From a virus (lineage: Duplodnaviria > Caudoviricetes): a stretch of 64,000 nucleotides of DNA. The stretch is from IMG/VR virus record IMGVR_UViG_3300035208_003581, positions 1 to 64,000 of that record; one strand, 5' to 3'. Below, piece by piece: positions 18,687 to 27,844 of this stretch. Position numbers and translations under genes: made by a program. Position 1 is the stretch's first letter. The number at the start of each line of letters is the position of its first letter. The notes beneath the pieces are model-generated. The model was not told the DNA's origin and ran no database searches. It saw nothing but the letters and a program-made list of their open reading frames with translations.

Positions 18687-18703
18687 TCTTTATGGAGGTA
18701 TAC

Positions 18704-20023
18704 ATGAGAATCACATTAAATAACGGTGTTAATTTTGAATTGGATTTAGAGGAAAAAGATTTACCATTTTTGTTTAAGTTTTTCAATGGTATGCTTACAG
18801 AACAACAAGAATACCAAGAAATCCAAGAACCACAAGAAATCAAATCTCAAGAAGTTAAAGAAGTTAAAGAAGTCCAAGAAGTTAAAGAAGTTCAAGAAGT
18901 TCAAGAATCTCAAGAAGTCCAAGAACTTCAAGAGCTTCAAGAATCTCAAGAAGTCCAAGAACTTCAAGAGCTTCAAGAATCTCAAGAAGTCCAAGAACTT
19001 CAAGAGCTTCAAGAATCTCAAGAAGTTCAAGAAGTTCAAGAAGTTCAAGAACTTCAAGAGCTTCAAGAATCTAAAGAAGTTAATAAAAAAATTAATAAAC
19101 ATCAGACAGTATGTCTTGTAGATAATTGTGATTTACCCTCTAAATGTAAAGGTTTTTGTCAGAAGCATTATGCAGCCTTTTCTTATTATACTAAGAAAAA
19201 AACTCCAGAAAAATTTTATGTGTTAAATCCAGTACATAATGATATTGAAACCCATATTGTTTGTATTGTAGATGGATGTTCTAATACAGTGCATAAAAAG
19301 GAAATGTGCGAAAAACATTATAAAATGTATAAGAAAAGTATGGATACCGTAGAAAATTTACCTAAAAAGGTGATAGAGATTGAAAAAGAGTATCGTTTAA
19401 AGAAAACATTAGAGTTATCAAATGTTGATACTGATAAATTAGCATTTGATCTAGATATCATGTTTATCAGACATGGTGAGCATTGGTCATGGTCTAATGG
19501 GTTATCTAGTGGTATGGTGCAAATAGATCTCACAGCTTCTCCTCCAATTTTGATATTTTTATCAGATAGAAATATGAATTGGACTGGTAAGTTATATGAA
19601 CAGAATTTAATTGTTAAAATATGTGAGGAGCATATTATTAATAGTATATATATTGGAAACAGTAAGCATACTCTTGAGAAATTCAAAGGGTATTATTTCC
19701 TCCCAGATGAGTATGATTCAAGATTAAAGATGATTGCACAACAAGATATTGTTACAGATGTGATGAATTTTAAATCAGGACATATTTTTCAAGTGTTTAA
19801 ATTAGAGTTTGAAGATGGTTTAATTTCAGAAGCTACTGTATTTGATCATGCAATTCCAAACACACAGGAAGTGTCTTCTCAAAAGGATATGATTGAATAT
19901 TATAATGGCGAACAAGCATTGAATTTCATACTCAAAGATCCTAAAGTGAATGATAAATTTATATTTGTATATAAAGGTGACCCATTTGAGTCAGAACACC
20001 CATTTATAAAATTTAAAATTTAA
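18704..20023 (+). CDS. Protein with Q/E tripeptide repeats and two C-x4-C-x9-C-x2-H zinc fingers
   Basis: Start ATG 18704 after GGAGG; fingers CLVDNCDLPSKCKGFCQKHY and CIVDGCSNTVHKKEMCEKHY. Confidence 0.65.
   Translation: MRITLNNGVNFELDLEEKDLPFLFKFFNGMLTEQQEYQEIQEPQEIKSQEVKEVKEVQEVKEVQEVQESQEVQELQELQESQEVQELQELQESQEVQELQELQESQEVQEVQEVQELQELQESKEVNKKINKHQTVCLVDNCDLPSKCKGFCQKHYAAFSYYTKKKTPEKFYVLNPVHNDIETHIVCIVDGCSNTVHKKEMCEKHYKMYKKSMDTVENLPKKVIEIEKEYRLKKTLELSNVDTDKLAFDLDIMFIRHGEHWSWSNGLSSGMVQIDLTASPPILIFLSDRNMNWTGKLYEQNLIVKICEEHIINSIYIGNSKHTLEKFKGYYFLPDEYDSRLKMIAQQDIVTDVMNFKSGHIFQVFKLEFEDGLISEATVFDHAIPNTQEVSSQKDMIEYYNGEQALNFILKDPKVNDKFIFVYKGDPFESEHPFIKFKI
18806..19081 (+). repeat. 9-nt-based coding tandem repeat, including 3 perfect 36-nt units
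   Basis: CAAGAAGTCCAAGAACTTCAAGAGCTTCAAGAATCT x3 at 18911-19018 within a CAAGARNNN tract. Confidence 0.9.
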
Positions 20024-20041
20024 AATTTAAAATTTAAATTT
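20007..20041. repeat. 7-nt tandem repeat (TAAAATT x4 plus one variant)
   Basis: Directly visible; spans the stop codon at 20021-20023. Confidence 0.8.
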
Positions 20042-20077
20042 ATTCACAATTAAATAAAAATAGTTTATATTAGGTTA

Positions 20078-20905
20078 ATGGAAAATAAAATTCTCATACA
20101 GAAAAATTTCACAGGTTATAATGCAGAGTATATCACATTTAGAACAGGATCATCTTATCAAGATGTAGTTCAATTGTATAATAATACATTTAATTATAAT
20201 TCTGATTTTCCTATATTTACACATTCTTCTATATATTCATTCTACGAAGCTTTATTTTTAGGTCGTGAATTACCAAACATAATGATTTTTAATGATATTG
20301 GACATTACTCTAACTTATTAGCGGCATGTTTATTTTTGTATAAGAAAGATGTGTTTTCAGTGAGAACATTAGAAATAGTATCGTACATAGATAAAATAGA
20401 GAGATTTGGATCTATAGGGTTTATATCCATACCAGAACATTTATCAAAGATTTTATTTTATTTAAACACATTGTTAACGAGTATTGATTCTGATGATTCT
20501 TATGATAGAATACTCAGACTTTGTGTATCTGTTTTACACGGATATTTAGACATGGGGGATGTAGTTAATGTTATTTTGGATACACCAAATAAACCAGTTA
20601 TATTGAAAAAATGGGGGGATGAATTTATCCTTGCTGAAATTCAGCATATGATTGATATAGATATACTTTATACTTATGGGTTTAAAAATGGTTTATGCTT
20701 TTTAAATGGTGAACTTATTTTTTTCATGAAACCTCCATTTTGTGGTAAAGTTGTTGAAAGACTATCAAAAAAAATTATTACATCTGAAATGCATGTACAA
20801 AAGTTAGATAATTTTTTAATAATTTCATCATTAGTGAGAGATTTTTGTACATCGCATGATAAAGATTTTATAATTTCTATATGCGATAGGTTTTATAATA
20901 CTTAA
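20078..20905 (+). CDS. Hypothetical protein
   Basis: 275-aa ORF; no motif recognised. Confidence 0.6.
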   Translation: MENKILIQKNFTGYNAEYITFRTGSSYQDVVQLYNNTFNYNSDFPIFTHSSIYSFYEALFLGRELPNIMIFNDIGHYSNLLAACLFLYKKDVFSVRTLEIVSYIDKIERFGSIGFISIPEHLSKILFYLNTLLTSIDSDDSYDRILRLCVSVLHGYLDMGDVVNVILDTPNKPVILKKWGDEFILAEIQHMIDIDILYTYGFKNGLCFLNGELIFFMKPPFCGKVVERLSKKIITSEMHVQKLDNFLIISSLVRDFCTSHDKDFIISICDRFYNT

Positions 20906-20916
20906 AGGAGGATACA

Positions 20917-21399
20917 ATGAGAGATGTAAGAACTATTAGACCTGATCGTAAACCAGTTCGTAAAATGATAGCTTCAAATACTCGTATACAGGATTTGAAA
21001 AAAAGATTAGCACTTCGTAAAGCTAACGCAGAACGACCTGTCCGTGCAGAACGACCTGTACGCGCAGAACGATCTGTCAGACCTGTACGCGCAGAACGAC
21101 CTGTCCATGCAACACGACCTGTACGCGCAGAACGAAAAGTATCAGCTCGTGATATTCAGAGTTCAAAAAATCGTATGTTGTTAGCTAAAAATTTAAATGT
21201 TGCTGCTGATGCTTTGAATGCAATTGAAGAAGCTCAAAAAGTAGAAGGTTTAACTGCTGATATTAAATCAGCTCGTAGAGATTTAGCATCTATTGTTGAA
21301 CATATGGCTGACATTATAGATACTCATCGTCCTGAAAGTATTCGAGCTTTTCGTGAACTGAAATTAGTAGAAGCAGGATTGCGTAAATTTCCAGTTTAA
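20917..21399 (+). CDS. Basic protein with AERPVR repeats
   Basis: RBS AGGAGG; Arg-rich N-terminal half, helical C-terminal half. Confidence 0.7.
   Translation: MRDVRTIRPDRKPVRKMIASNTRIQDLKKRLALRKANAERPVRAERPVRAERSVRPVRAERPVHATRPVRAERKVSARDIQSSKNRMLLAKNLNVAADALNAIEEAQKVEGLTADIKSARRDLASIVEHMADIIDTHRPESIRAFRELKLVEAGLRKFPV
21028..21135 (+). repeat. 18-nt coding tandem repeat (GCAGAACGACCTGTHCGY), about 6 units
   Basis: Encodes AERPVR-AERPVR-AERSVR-PVR-AERPVH-ATRPVR-AER. Confidence 0.9.
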
Positions 21400-21430
21400 T
21401 TGTGAGAGAAATTTTTTATTATAGGGGTTT

Positions 21431-22096
21431 GTGATGGCTGAAGATTACATTTACAGAAAAGGTGCCTCACCAAATACCAAGGTGGCAGTAAGCCAGAAAA
21501 ATAAAATTTTCTCTTTCAGCACTGGTTCTTCTGGTGAAATGAACCAAATGGGTAACCTAGCAAGTTTTGATTTGAATGAGAGTCGTGGTGTTGATCCTGT
21601 TCGTGGTGTTGGTTTTGGTGACCATGTGGCAGAATTAGTTCCTTCGGTTACAGAACCTATGACTATTTCATCATCGCGTGCAATGTTGTACTTACAATTT
21701 TTTCATCAAGTACTTGGATATAAGGGTGGTGCAGAAGGTTTAGTAAGGTCTTTGAAACATCATAGATGGCCTTTTGATATAAAACAAGAACTTGTTTTAT
21801 CTCATCTGGCAGATTCTGAAGCATCTTCGAATCTTAAAGGATTACAAAGTACATCTGGTGATAGTGCCAAAGCTATCATTACATATTTTGAAGCTTGTTG
21901 GTTAACTAGTTATAATTCTTCTTATCCTGCTGATTCTGCAATTGTCAATGAAGACATAGAAATTATAGTATCTGATGTTTTAGATAATGCAAGTGGGTAT
22001 AATTACAGTGAATTATTGTTTGATAATGATATGTCTTCTATTGATAAATCAAGTGATATTAAACGATCAATAAGATATTCAAAAACCACCTTGTAA
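21431..22096 (+). CDS. Tail tube protein
   Basis: Tube-like motifs (VDPVRGVGFGD..ELVP, WPFDIKQE, ITYFEACWLTSYNSSY..IVNEDIEI); lies upstream of the chaperones and tape measure. Confidence 0.75.
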   Translation: MMAEDYIYRKGASPNTKVAVSQKNKIFSFSTGSSGEMNQMGNLASFDLNESRGVDPVRGVGFGDHVAELVPSVTEPMTISSSRAMLYLQFFHQVLGYKGGAEGLVRSLKHHRWPFDIKQELVLSHLADSEASSNLKGLQSTSGDSAKAIITYFEACWLTSYNSSYPADSAIVNEDIEIIVSDVLDNASGYNYSELLFDNDMSSIDKSSDIKRSIRYSKTTL

Positions 22097-22152
22097 TTTA
22101 TTTTCATATACTATAATATACTTTCGAACATGTAACTACTAAGGAGTTATTA

Positions 22153-22713
22153 ATGGATCTCAATTCTTTATCTGAAGGATTATCACAGCTTATTAATTAT
22201 GGTAAAGTAGAAATATCTTTTACTATTCAAGGTATTAATGTTATTTTGAGATCTCTTTCTTCGGATGAAGAAATACGTATATCTCATAAAATGAATGGTA
22301 TTGAAAGTGATGGTATTGAATATTTACAAACATATAAACTTTTAATGCTAGCATATTCTATTGTACAGTTAAATACTATTGATTTAAGAGATATCGTTTC
22401 TTTGCCAAGAAAAGATAAATCTGGGAAGATAGAAAATATTCTTAAAGAAGATTATGTTTTTGATATTATTAAGACATGGGCACGTTCTAGTTTGAATGTT
22501 TGTTTTAAAAAATATGGAGAACTTCTTGCTATTTCTGAACGTGAAGCTGAAAAGGGTATTGAATTCGAGATTATAGATAAAAAGTCTGAAATTTCTAGAT
22601 TACAAGCTAAAATTGATGAATTGAAAGGTGATTCATCTGAACCAGAACATCCAGCAGAAACTATTTTTGAAGAAGAAAAAAAAGAAGCTGAAGATAAGTT
22701 ATCTGAATCATAG
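22153..22713 (+). CDS. Putative tail assembly chaperone
   Basis: Lies between tube and tape measure; VILRSLSSDEE..LAYSIVQLN motif. Confidence 0.6.
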   Translation: MDLNSLSEGLSQLINYGKVEISFTIQGINVILRSLSSDEEIRISHKMNGIESDGIEYLQTYKLLMLAYSIVQLNTIDLRDIVSLPRKDKSGKIENILKEDYVFDIIKTWARSSLNVCFKKYGELLAISEREAEKGIEFEIIDKKSEISRLQAKIDELKGDSSEPEHPAETIFEEEKKEAEDKLSES

Positions 22714-22724
22714 TTGGTCATATC

Positions 22725-23828
22725 GTGATTGACAAATCTGAACAACCTGAGAATGTATCAGATCTTTCTACGGAAAGATATAAAAGGCAAAAACAAGAAC
22801 AACAACATCGTAAAGAACGATGGTTATGTAGATATACAGACCTTGAAGAAATACTTTTCAAAGGATTTCTTATTCATTTTGTACGGATAAATGGTTATAA
22901 TTTTGTCTTTAAAACTTTGAATGCAAATGAATTTGAACATATTAGATATCATATGCATTTGGATCAAGAGAGTTATTATTTAAATCAAATATATTTTATT
23001 GCATATTCAATATTTATGTTTGATGGATTGAATGTGCTTTCAAATAGAACACATACAATACCTATTTTAATAAAATATATAAAACAATTTAGTCCATATA
23101 CATTAACATGTTTATCACATTTATTATCTGATTTAAATAATAAATGTATTCAATCTGGTAGATTGGTAGAAGCATATTGTTATGAAGATGTTTCTCGTCA
23201 AAAATGGTTGGAGATGAAGTTATTTTTATTGAATGATCCAAATATTACAAGTATAGACGGGACTCAAAATCTTGGTTTAAACACATATCAAAAAGTTTGG
23301 ATGTCTCTAAATAACCTTGAAGATACAAAAATAACTTATGAACATGAATGGGAAAACGCTAAATTTATTGCTTCTGCATTTAATTCAAAGGGTGTTCGTT
23401 CTATTAATTCTTCAGATCAAAGAAGAAAAGATGCAGAACAAAAAGAACGTGAATTAATTAGAACAGGCGGTGTGAGAGAAGAAGATGGAATTATTAGAAT
23501 TGAAGCAAATACAAATGAAGAGTTAATGGAACAACTCGAAAAGAGTATACGTGGTGAAAAAGATTGGCATGATAATGTGGTTGAAACATATGAATTAAAA
23601 GTTAAAGAAGATCATATTAAAAAACAAGAATCTTTAGATGCTATTTTAAAAGAAAGAGAAAGTATTATTGAAAAAGAAATAGTTGAAAACCCGCGTAAAT
23701 TTTATAGTGCTGAAGAAGCAAAGAATTCTCTATCGGAACGTATTAAACAAAAATATGAAGAAACACCATCGATGAAAATATTGAGAGAAGTTTCTGAAGG
23801 AAAAAGATTCGTAGAAAAAATTAAATAA
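22725..23828 (+). CDS. Putative tail assembly chaperone 2 (paralogous N-domain)
   Basis: FVFKTLNANE..IAYSIFMFDG matches the preceding gene; long charged helical C-terminus; GTG start. Confidence 0.55.
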   Translation: MIDKSEQPENVSDLSTERYKRQKQEQQHRKERWLCRYTDLEEILFKGFLIHFVRINGYNFVFKTLNANEFEHIRYHMHLDQESYYLNQIYFIAYSIFMFDGLNVLSNRTHTIPILIKYIKQFSPYTLTCLSHLLSDLNNKCIQSGRLVEAYCYEDVSRQKWLEMKLFLLNDPNITSIDGTQNLGLNTYQKVWMSLNNLEDTKITYEHEWENAKFIASAFNSKGVRSINSSDQRRKDAEQKERELIRTGGVREEDGIIRIEANTNEELMEQLEKSIRGEKDWHDNVVETYELKVKEDHIKKQESLDAILKERESIIEKEIVENPRKFYSAEEAKNSLSERIKQKYEETPSMKILREVSEGKRFVEKIK

Positions 23829-23875
23829 GAATCTTTCTATTTTTATTCTTATATAGAATCTTTATATGAAGGATT

Positions 23876-26800
23876 ATGAAAATGGCAGATCGTGATGTAT
23901 ACGAGCAGATATATAAGTTATCTATAAAAGGGCAAGATAAAGTCCTATCTTCATTAGGAGATGTTCATAAATTATTATTGGATATTTCCGATGATTTTTC
24001 ATTTAAGCCTACAGGTTTTCAAGCTGCACTTAAAGAAACCGAACAATTAAAGTCTAATTTATCTGAAATGTCTAAATCCGTTCAAAGTTTTAATAAGAGC
24101 GGAATTGGAGATATGAAACGCGGTTTCAATGATACTGCAAAGACCGTTAAAAAAGTATTGAAGTCTATTGATGGTATGAATGTCATTTCTTTTAAAGAAA
24201 TGTTCAGTGAAAAAATTTCAAAAAAAGATGTTAAAAATGCCATTTCTCCTGGTGTAGCTGCTGCTATTGAAGATGCATATGCTGAAGGTTCTAAGCGTGG
24301 GAGTTCCGAATTAACTGAGCAAACTTTCAATGCTTTTGAAGATATAAAGAAAAAATTCCCTAATTTAGCAAATACATTTCAATTAATAGATGAGAATAAG
24401 ATACGTGATTTAAAGTCTAAATTAGAAGATTTGAAAATCATATCAAAATCAATGGGTGAGGAATTTGATGGTAGTATGTCTAATTCTTTTACCCGTGCAG
24501 ATCGTTTATTGTCTAAAATTGAAAATAAAGATGTTTTTGGGTTAGATGGTCAGAAAGTATATGACTTGACTAATGATTTAGAAGATGCTGCCAATAGTAT
24601 TGGTGATAGTTTAAAATCTTCCTTGAAAGATTCCACAGATGACTTTTCTAAAGCACTTGATAAATCTTCGGATCATATTGAAAAAGTTTCAGGAGCTGTA
24701 TATAAAGCATTTCATTCAATGTCATCTCCTGATGCAATGTTCTCAGCAGTTGGTGATTTAGGTAATTTTCTGAAAAAAGATGTATCTGGGTTTCTAAAGA
24801 AGAAACCAAAAACTGCAATGGGTAAGGGTGCAAAGGGAGCTGCTGGTTCTGCAGGGGGTGCAGGGGGTGCAGGGGGTGGTGTTGGTGCTCTTTCTAAGAT
24901 GGCTGGTATGATGGGTGCTGCTCTTGGGGCATTAGCTGCTCTTGGGGCATTAGTGAAGCTTATTATTGAAGCTGATAGTGCTATTACAGATTTAAATAAA
25001 TCTATATTTGAAGGTGTTTCTGCATCTGATATGATTGCAGATTCTTTTAACAAATCTGCTGTAGCTGGTTTTGATCTAGAAGATCGTTTAAAGACTATGC
25101 AAACGGCTGCACTACATTTTGGTTTTTATATGAAATCTGGTGTAGGGTCTGAGGATTTTATAAAGACTATTGGAGCAATGAATAAAGCAGGATTGAGTTT
25201 TTCTACTATCTTAGGTGATACAACAGATGGTGTGAAAAATTTACAAGATGCTGTGCAATTTGCAAATATAATTGCTAGAAATTTTGGTATATCCATAACT
25301 GAAAGTGGTGAAACTATAGGTGATTGGTCTAGAAATTTAGAGATGTCTATGGCAGATATTAGTGAGTCATTCAAACAAATGCAGGTACAAGCTACTGATG
25401 CTCGTATGGATACAAATAAATTTTTCAATCTTGTAAAGGATGTCAGTGCAAATTTTGTTCTATTTGGTGTGAGAACACAAGAAGTATCTTCAATGTTAGC
25501 ATTATTAGGTAAAACTGTAGGTCCTAAAAAAGCTGCTGAAATGTTACAAGGTATGACCACAGCTATGAAGGATATGAATGATCAAGATAGAGTACGGATG
25601 GTTGCATTAGCTGGAGTAAATACTGTTCAAAGTTCTGCTATTGGATATCAAAAACGTGCTTCTAAATCTTTAGATAAATTAAATGACCAAGTTGTGAAAT
25701 CTACTGGAGTTAACATTCAATCATCAGCTAATTATAAAAAAGCTATCAATGGTGATTTGGATGCATATCAAGCTTTACAAAAAGAATTTGGTGACACAAA
25801 AGCATGGGAAATGATGAATGGATCTATGTATAAATTATCCTCAAATATGGCAGAAGTTAAAAGTGGTACCGTTGGTATGGCAAATGCCCTTGCAGGTATG
25901 GATTTAACAGCTCAATTAAAAGTTCAATTTAAAGCAGTAGAAAATATCACAGGTCCAATAGAAAAAGCTACAGGAATACAAGCTATGTTAGCACGCCAAC
26001 AGTTGGGTATGTCCATGGAACAATGGAAAGCTCAACAAAGTATGGCTATGACATTAGCTAATGAATATGAAGTACAGAAAGATTTAGCTAAACAAGGTAA
26101 AAGTAAAGATTTTGAATGGAAAGGTGGGAAATTACTATCTAAAGAAACAGGTCAAGTTGCTGATAAAGCTGATATGTTAGGTCAGTTAAGTGAGGAGCAA
26201 CAATCTAAATTAGATGCTATGAATAAAGGCATTAATGAACAAGGTAATATTGCAGAACAACAGAAAAACGCTACAATAAGTATGTCAGATATGATGAAAG
26301 AGAGTTTTACTAAGATGCTTGGTAAACTCGGTCAATTAGTTGGGGGTCTTTTTGGCATTGCTGCAAAATATTTAGGTGATGATTCTCTTAATGTACAATT
26401 TCAAACCATGAAAGCTATGAATGGTTTAGGTCATGATTTTAAAGGTAATGCAGCACTACAAGCAGAATCAGTTAAATTAACGGAAGAGAGCAATGATATA
26501 TTATCATCTATACCATCTGGATCTTCTACAAAAGATATAATGTCAGAATTGATTGAGAAAACATTAGGTGGTGCTGCATTTGATCCTAAAGTGTTAGAAG
26601 ATGTATTGAAATCTGAGAAAATGAATAAATCAGGTACATTGAACGATATAAAAATGGCTACTGGAGTTGCAGTATCATCTATGCTTCCTGGAGGGTATGC
26701 TGGATTAGAATTAGCAAGTAAATTACCTTCTGTAGGTGGTTTTAATGTAGCTGAAAGTTTAACCACGGACATGGGTGCATACAACAAATCTGACCTATTA

Positions 26801-27844
26801 ACTGGTAAGAAAAGTTTTAAATTCCAAAAAGAATTTGATGCTATGTCACTTGCTATGTCAAAAGGTGGTACTGAAGCTGTAGAAGGTATCAAGAAGTTAT
26901 CTCAAGAATTATCTAAAACTATGAGTCCAGATGATTTAAAGTTGTTTATGGAAGCTGTTGTCAGAGCTAGAAACTCAATGGATCAACAAAAAGTAGCTGG
27001 TGAATCTGTAGAAGGTATCAAGAAGTTATCTCAAGAATTATCTAAAACTATGAGTCCAGATGATTTAAAGTTGTTTATGGAAGCTGTTGTCAGAGCTAGA
27101 AACTCAATGGATCAACAAAAAGTAGCTGGTGAATCTGCAAAACAAAAAAGTGTTCTTCCAGAAAACATACCAAATAAAGGTATGTTACCTGCAGAAAAGA
27201 AAGCTTTAAATAAAGTTCTTCCAAATAAAGAGGTTGCAAAAAAACAACAAAAGAGCTTAGAAGAGAATGCAGATAAATCTAATTTACTTGTAGAGAAACA
27301 AAAAGAACAAGTTCAAAAAAGTGAAAAAACAGTAGAGGTTTTGAATGCTATTAAAGCAAATGGAATACCATTTGTAAAAGATCAAGTTATGGCAGATGCT
27401 GTGTTTGATGGCACTTTACGTGCCTTAATACGTTATGACTTAGAGAAAAAATATGGTGTTTCATTAAATAAGTTAAAGGATAAAGATTTGACTGATATGT
27501 CAAGTCTTGTAAAATATGCACGTGGACAAGTACCTAATTTTAATGATACTCAAAAACCTGCTGAAGATTTTATGGTATCTAAAAGTGGTTATGTTAAACT
27601 CAGTGCAGGTGATGTGGCATTTAACCCATCTGAAGCTGCAAAAGGTGTTCGTGGTCGTGCAGGTTCTTTTGCAGGTAAAGCAATGTCTGCACTCGGTGAA
27701 TTTGGAGGAGGAGGTGGTGTTGTAATCAATAGAAACCAAAGTAATGTATTTAACATACAAGGTGGTGATGTTGGTCAGATGCAAAAAGCAATCACTCAAG
27801 CATTAGAAAATGATAAACGTAAAGAGGCAGAAGGTTTAAGATGA
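23876..27844 (+). CDS. Tape measure protein
   Basis: 1322-aa helical A/K/S/M-rich protein with a Gly/Ala hydrophobic segment (MAGMMGAALGALAALGALVKLII); lies between chaperones and baseplate genes. Confidence 0.85.
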   Translation: MKMADRDVYEQIYKLSIKGQDKVLSSLGDVHKLLLDISDDFSFKPTGFQAALKETEQLKSNLSEMSKSVQSFNKSGIGDMKRGFNDTAKTVKKVLKSIDGMNVISFKEMFSEKISKKDVKNAISPGVAAAIEDAYAEGSKRGSSELTEQTFNAFEDIKKKFPNLANTFQLIDENKIRDLKSKLEDLKIISKSMGEEFDGSMSNSFTRADRLLSKIENKDVFGLDGQKVYDLTNDLEDAANSIGDSLKSSLKDSTDDFSKALDKSSDHIEKVSGAVYKAFHSMSSPDAMFSAVGDLGNFLKKDVSGFLKKKPKTAMGKGAKGAAGSAGGAGGAGGGVGALSKMAGMMGAALGALAALGALVKLIIEADSAITDLNKSIFEGVSASDMIADSFNKSAVAGFDLEDRLKTMQTAALHFGFYMKSGVGSEDFIKTIGAMNKAGLSFSTILGDTTDGVKNLQDAVQFANIIARNFGISITESGETIGDWSRNLEMSMADISESFKQMQVQATDARMDTNKFFNLVKDVSANFVLFGVRTQEVSSMLALLGKTVGPKKAAEMLQGMTTAMKDMNDQDRVRMVALAGVNTVQSSAIGYQKRASKSLDKLNDQVVKSTGVNIQSSANYKKAINGDLDAYQALQKEFGDTKAWEMMNGSMYKLSSNMAEVKSGTVGMANALAGMDLTAQLKVQFKAVENITGPIEKATGIQAMLARQQLGMSMEQWKAQQSMAMTLANEYEVQKDLAKQGKSKDFEWKGGKLLSKETGQVADKADMLGQLSEEQQSKLDAMNKGINEQGNIAEQQKNATISMSDMMKESFTKMLGKLGQLVGGLFGIAAKYLGDDSLNVQFQTMKAMNGLGHDFKGNAALQAESVKLTEESNDILSSIPSGSSTKDIMSELIEKTLGGAAFDPKVLEDVLKSEKMNKSGTLNDIKMATGVAVSSMLPGGYAGLELASKLPSVGGFNVAESLTTDMGAYNKSDLLTGKKSFKFQKEFDAMSLAMSKGGTEAVEGIKKLSQELSKTMSPDDLKLFMEAVVRARNSMDQQKVAGESVEGIKKLSQELSKTMSPDDLKLFMEAVVRARNSMDQQKVAGESAKQKSVLPENIPNKGMLPAEKKALNKVLPNKEVAKKQQKSLEENADKSNLLVEKQKEQVQKSEKTVEVLNAIKANGIPFVKDQVMADAVFDGTLRALIRYDLEKKYGVSLNKLKDKDLTDMSSLVKYARGQVPNFNDTQKPAEDFMVSKSGYVKLSAGDVAFNPSEAAKGVRGRAGSFAGKAMSALGEFGGGGGVVINRNQSNVFNIQGGDVGQMQKAITQALENDKRKEAEGLR
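26877..27137 (+). repeat. Perfect 129-bp tandem duplication in the tape measure gene
   Basis: Copies begin at 26877 and 27006; encodes VEGIKKLSQELSKTMSPDDLKLFMEAVVRARNSMDQQKVAGES twice. Confidence 0.95.

Noticed and set aside
18806-19081. Repeat tract as a CRISPR array
   Set aside because: The units are contiguous 9/36-nt coding repeats with no unique spacers, and no cas genes are present.
18761-19121. Alternative-frame ORFs 18786-19121 (+, Lys-rich) and 18761-19102 (-, Phe/Leu-rich)
   Set aside because: These are by-products of a stop-free 9-nt repeat; the QE frame continues into the Zn-finger domain and has the RBS.
20007-20041. TAAAATT repeat as a phase-variation switch
   Set aside because: It spans the stop codon. 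The first TAA is fixed after two units, so copy-number change would alter at most a few terminal residues.
22670-22725. Programmed -1 frameshift at GAA AAA AAA joining the two chaperone genes
   Set aside because: The downstream gene is in the -1 frame, but that frame has TGA at 22689-22691 and further stops before 22725.
24851-24880. GCAGGGGGT x3 G-rich tract in the tape measure
   Set aside because: It is explained by an ordinary Gly/Ala linker (AGGAGGAGGG).
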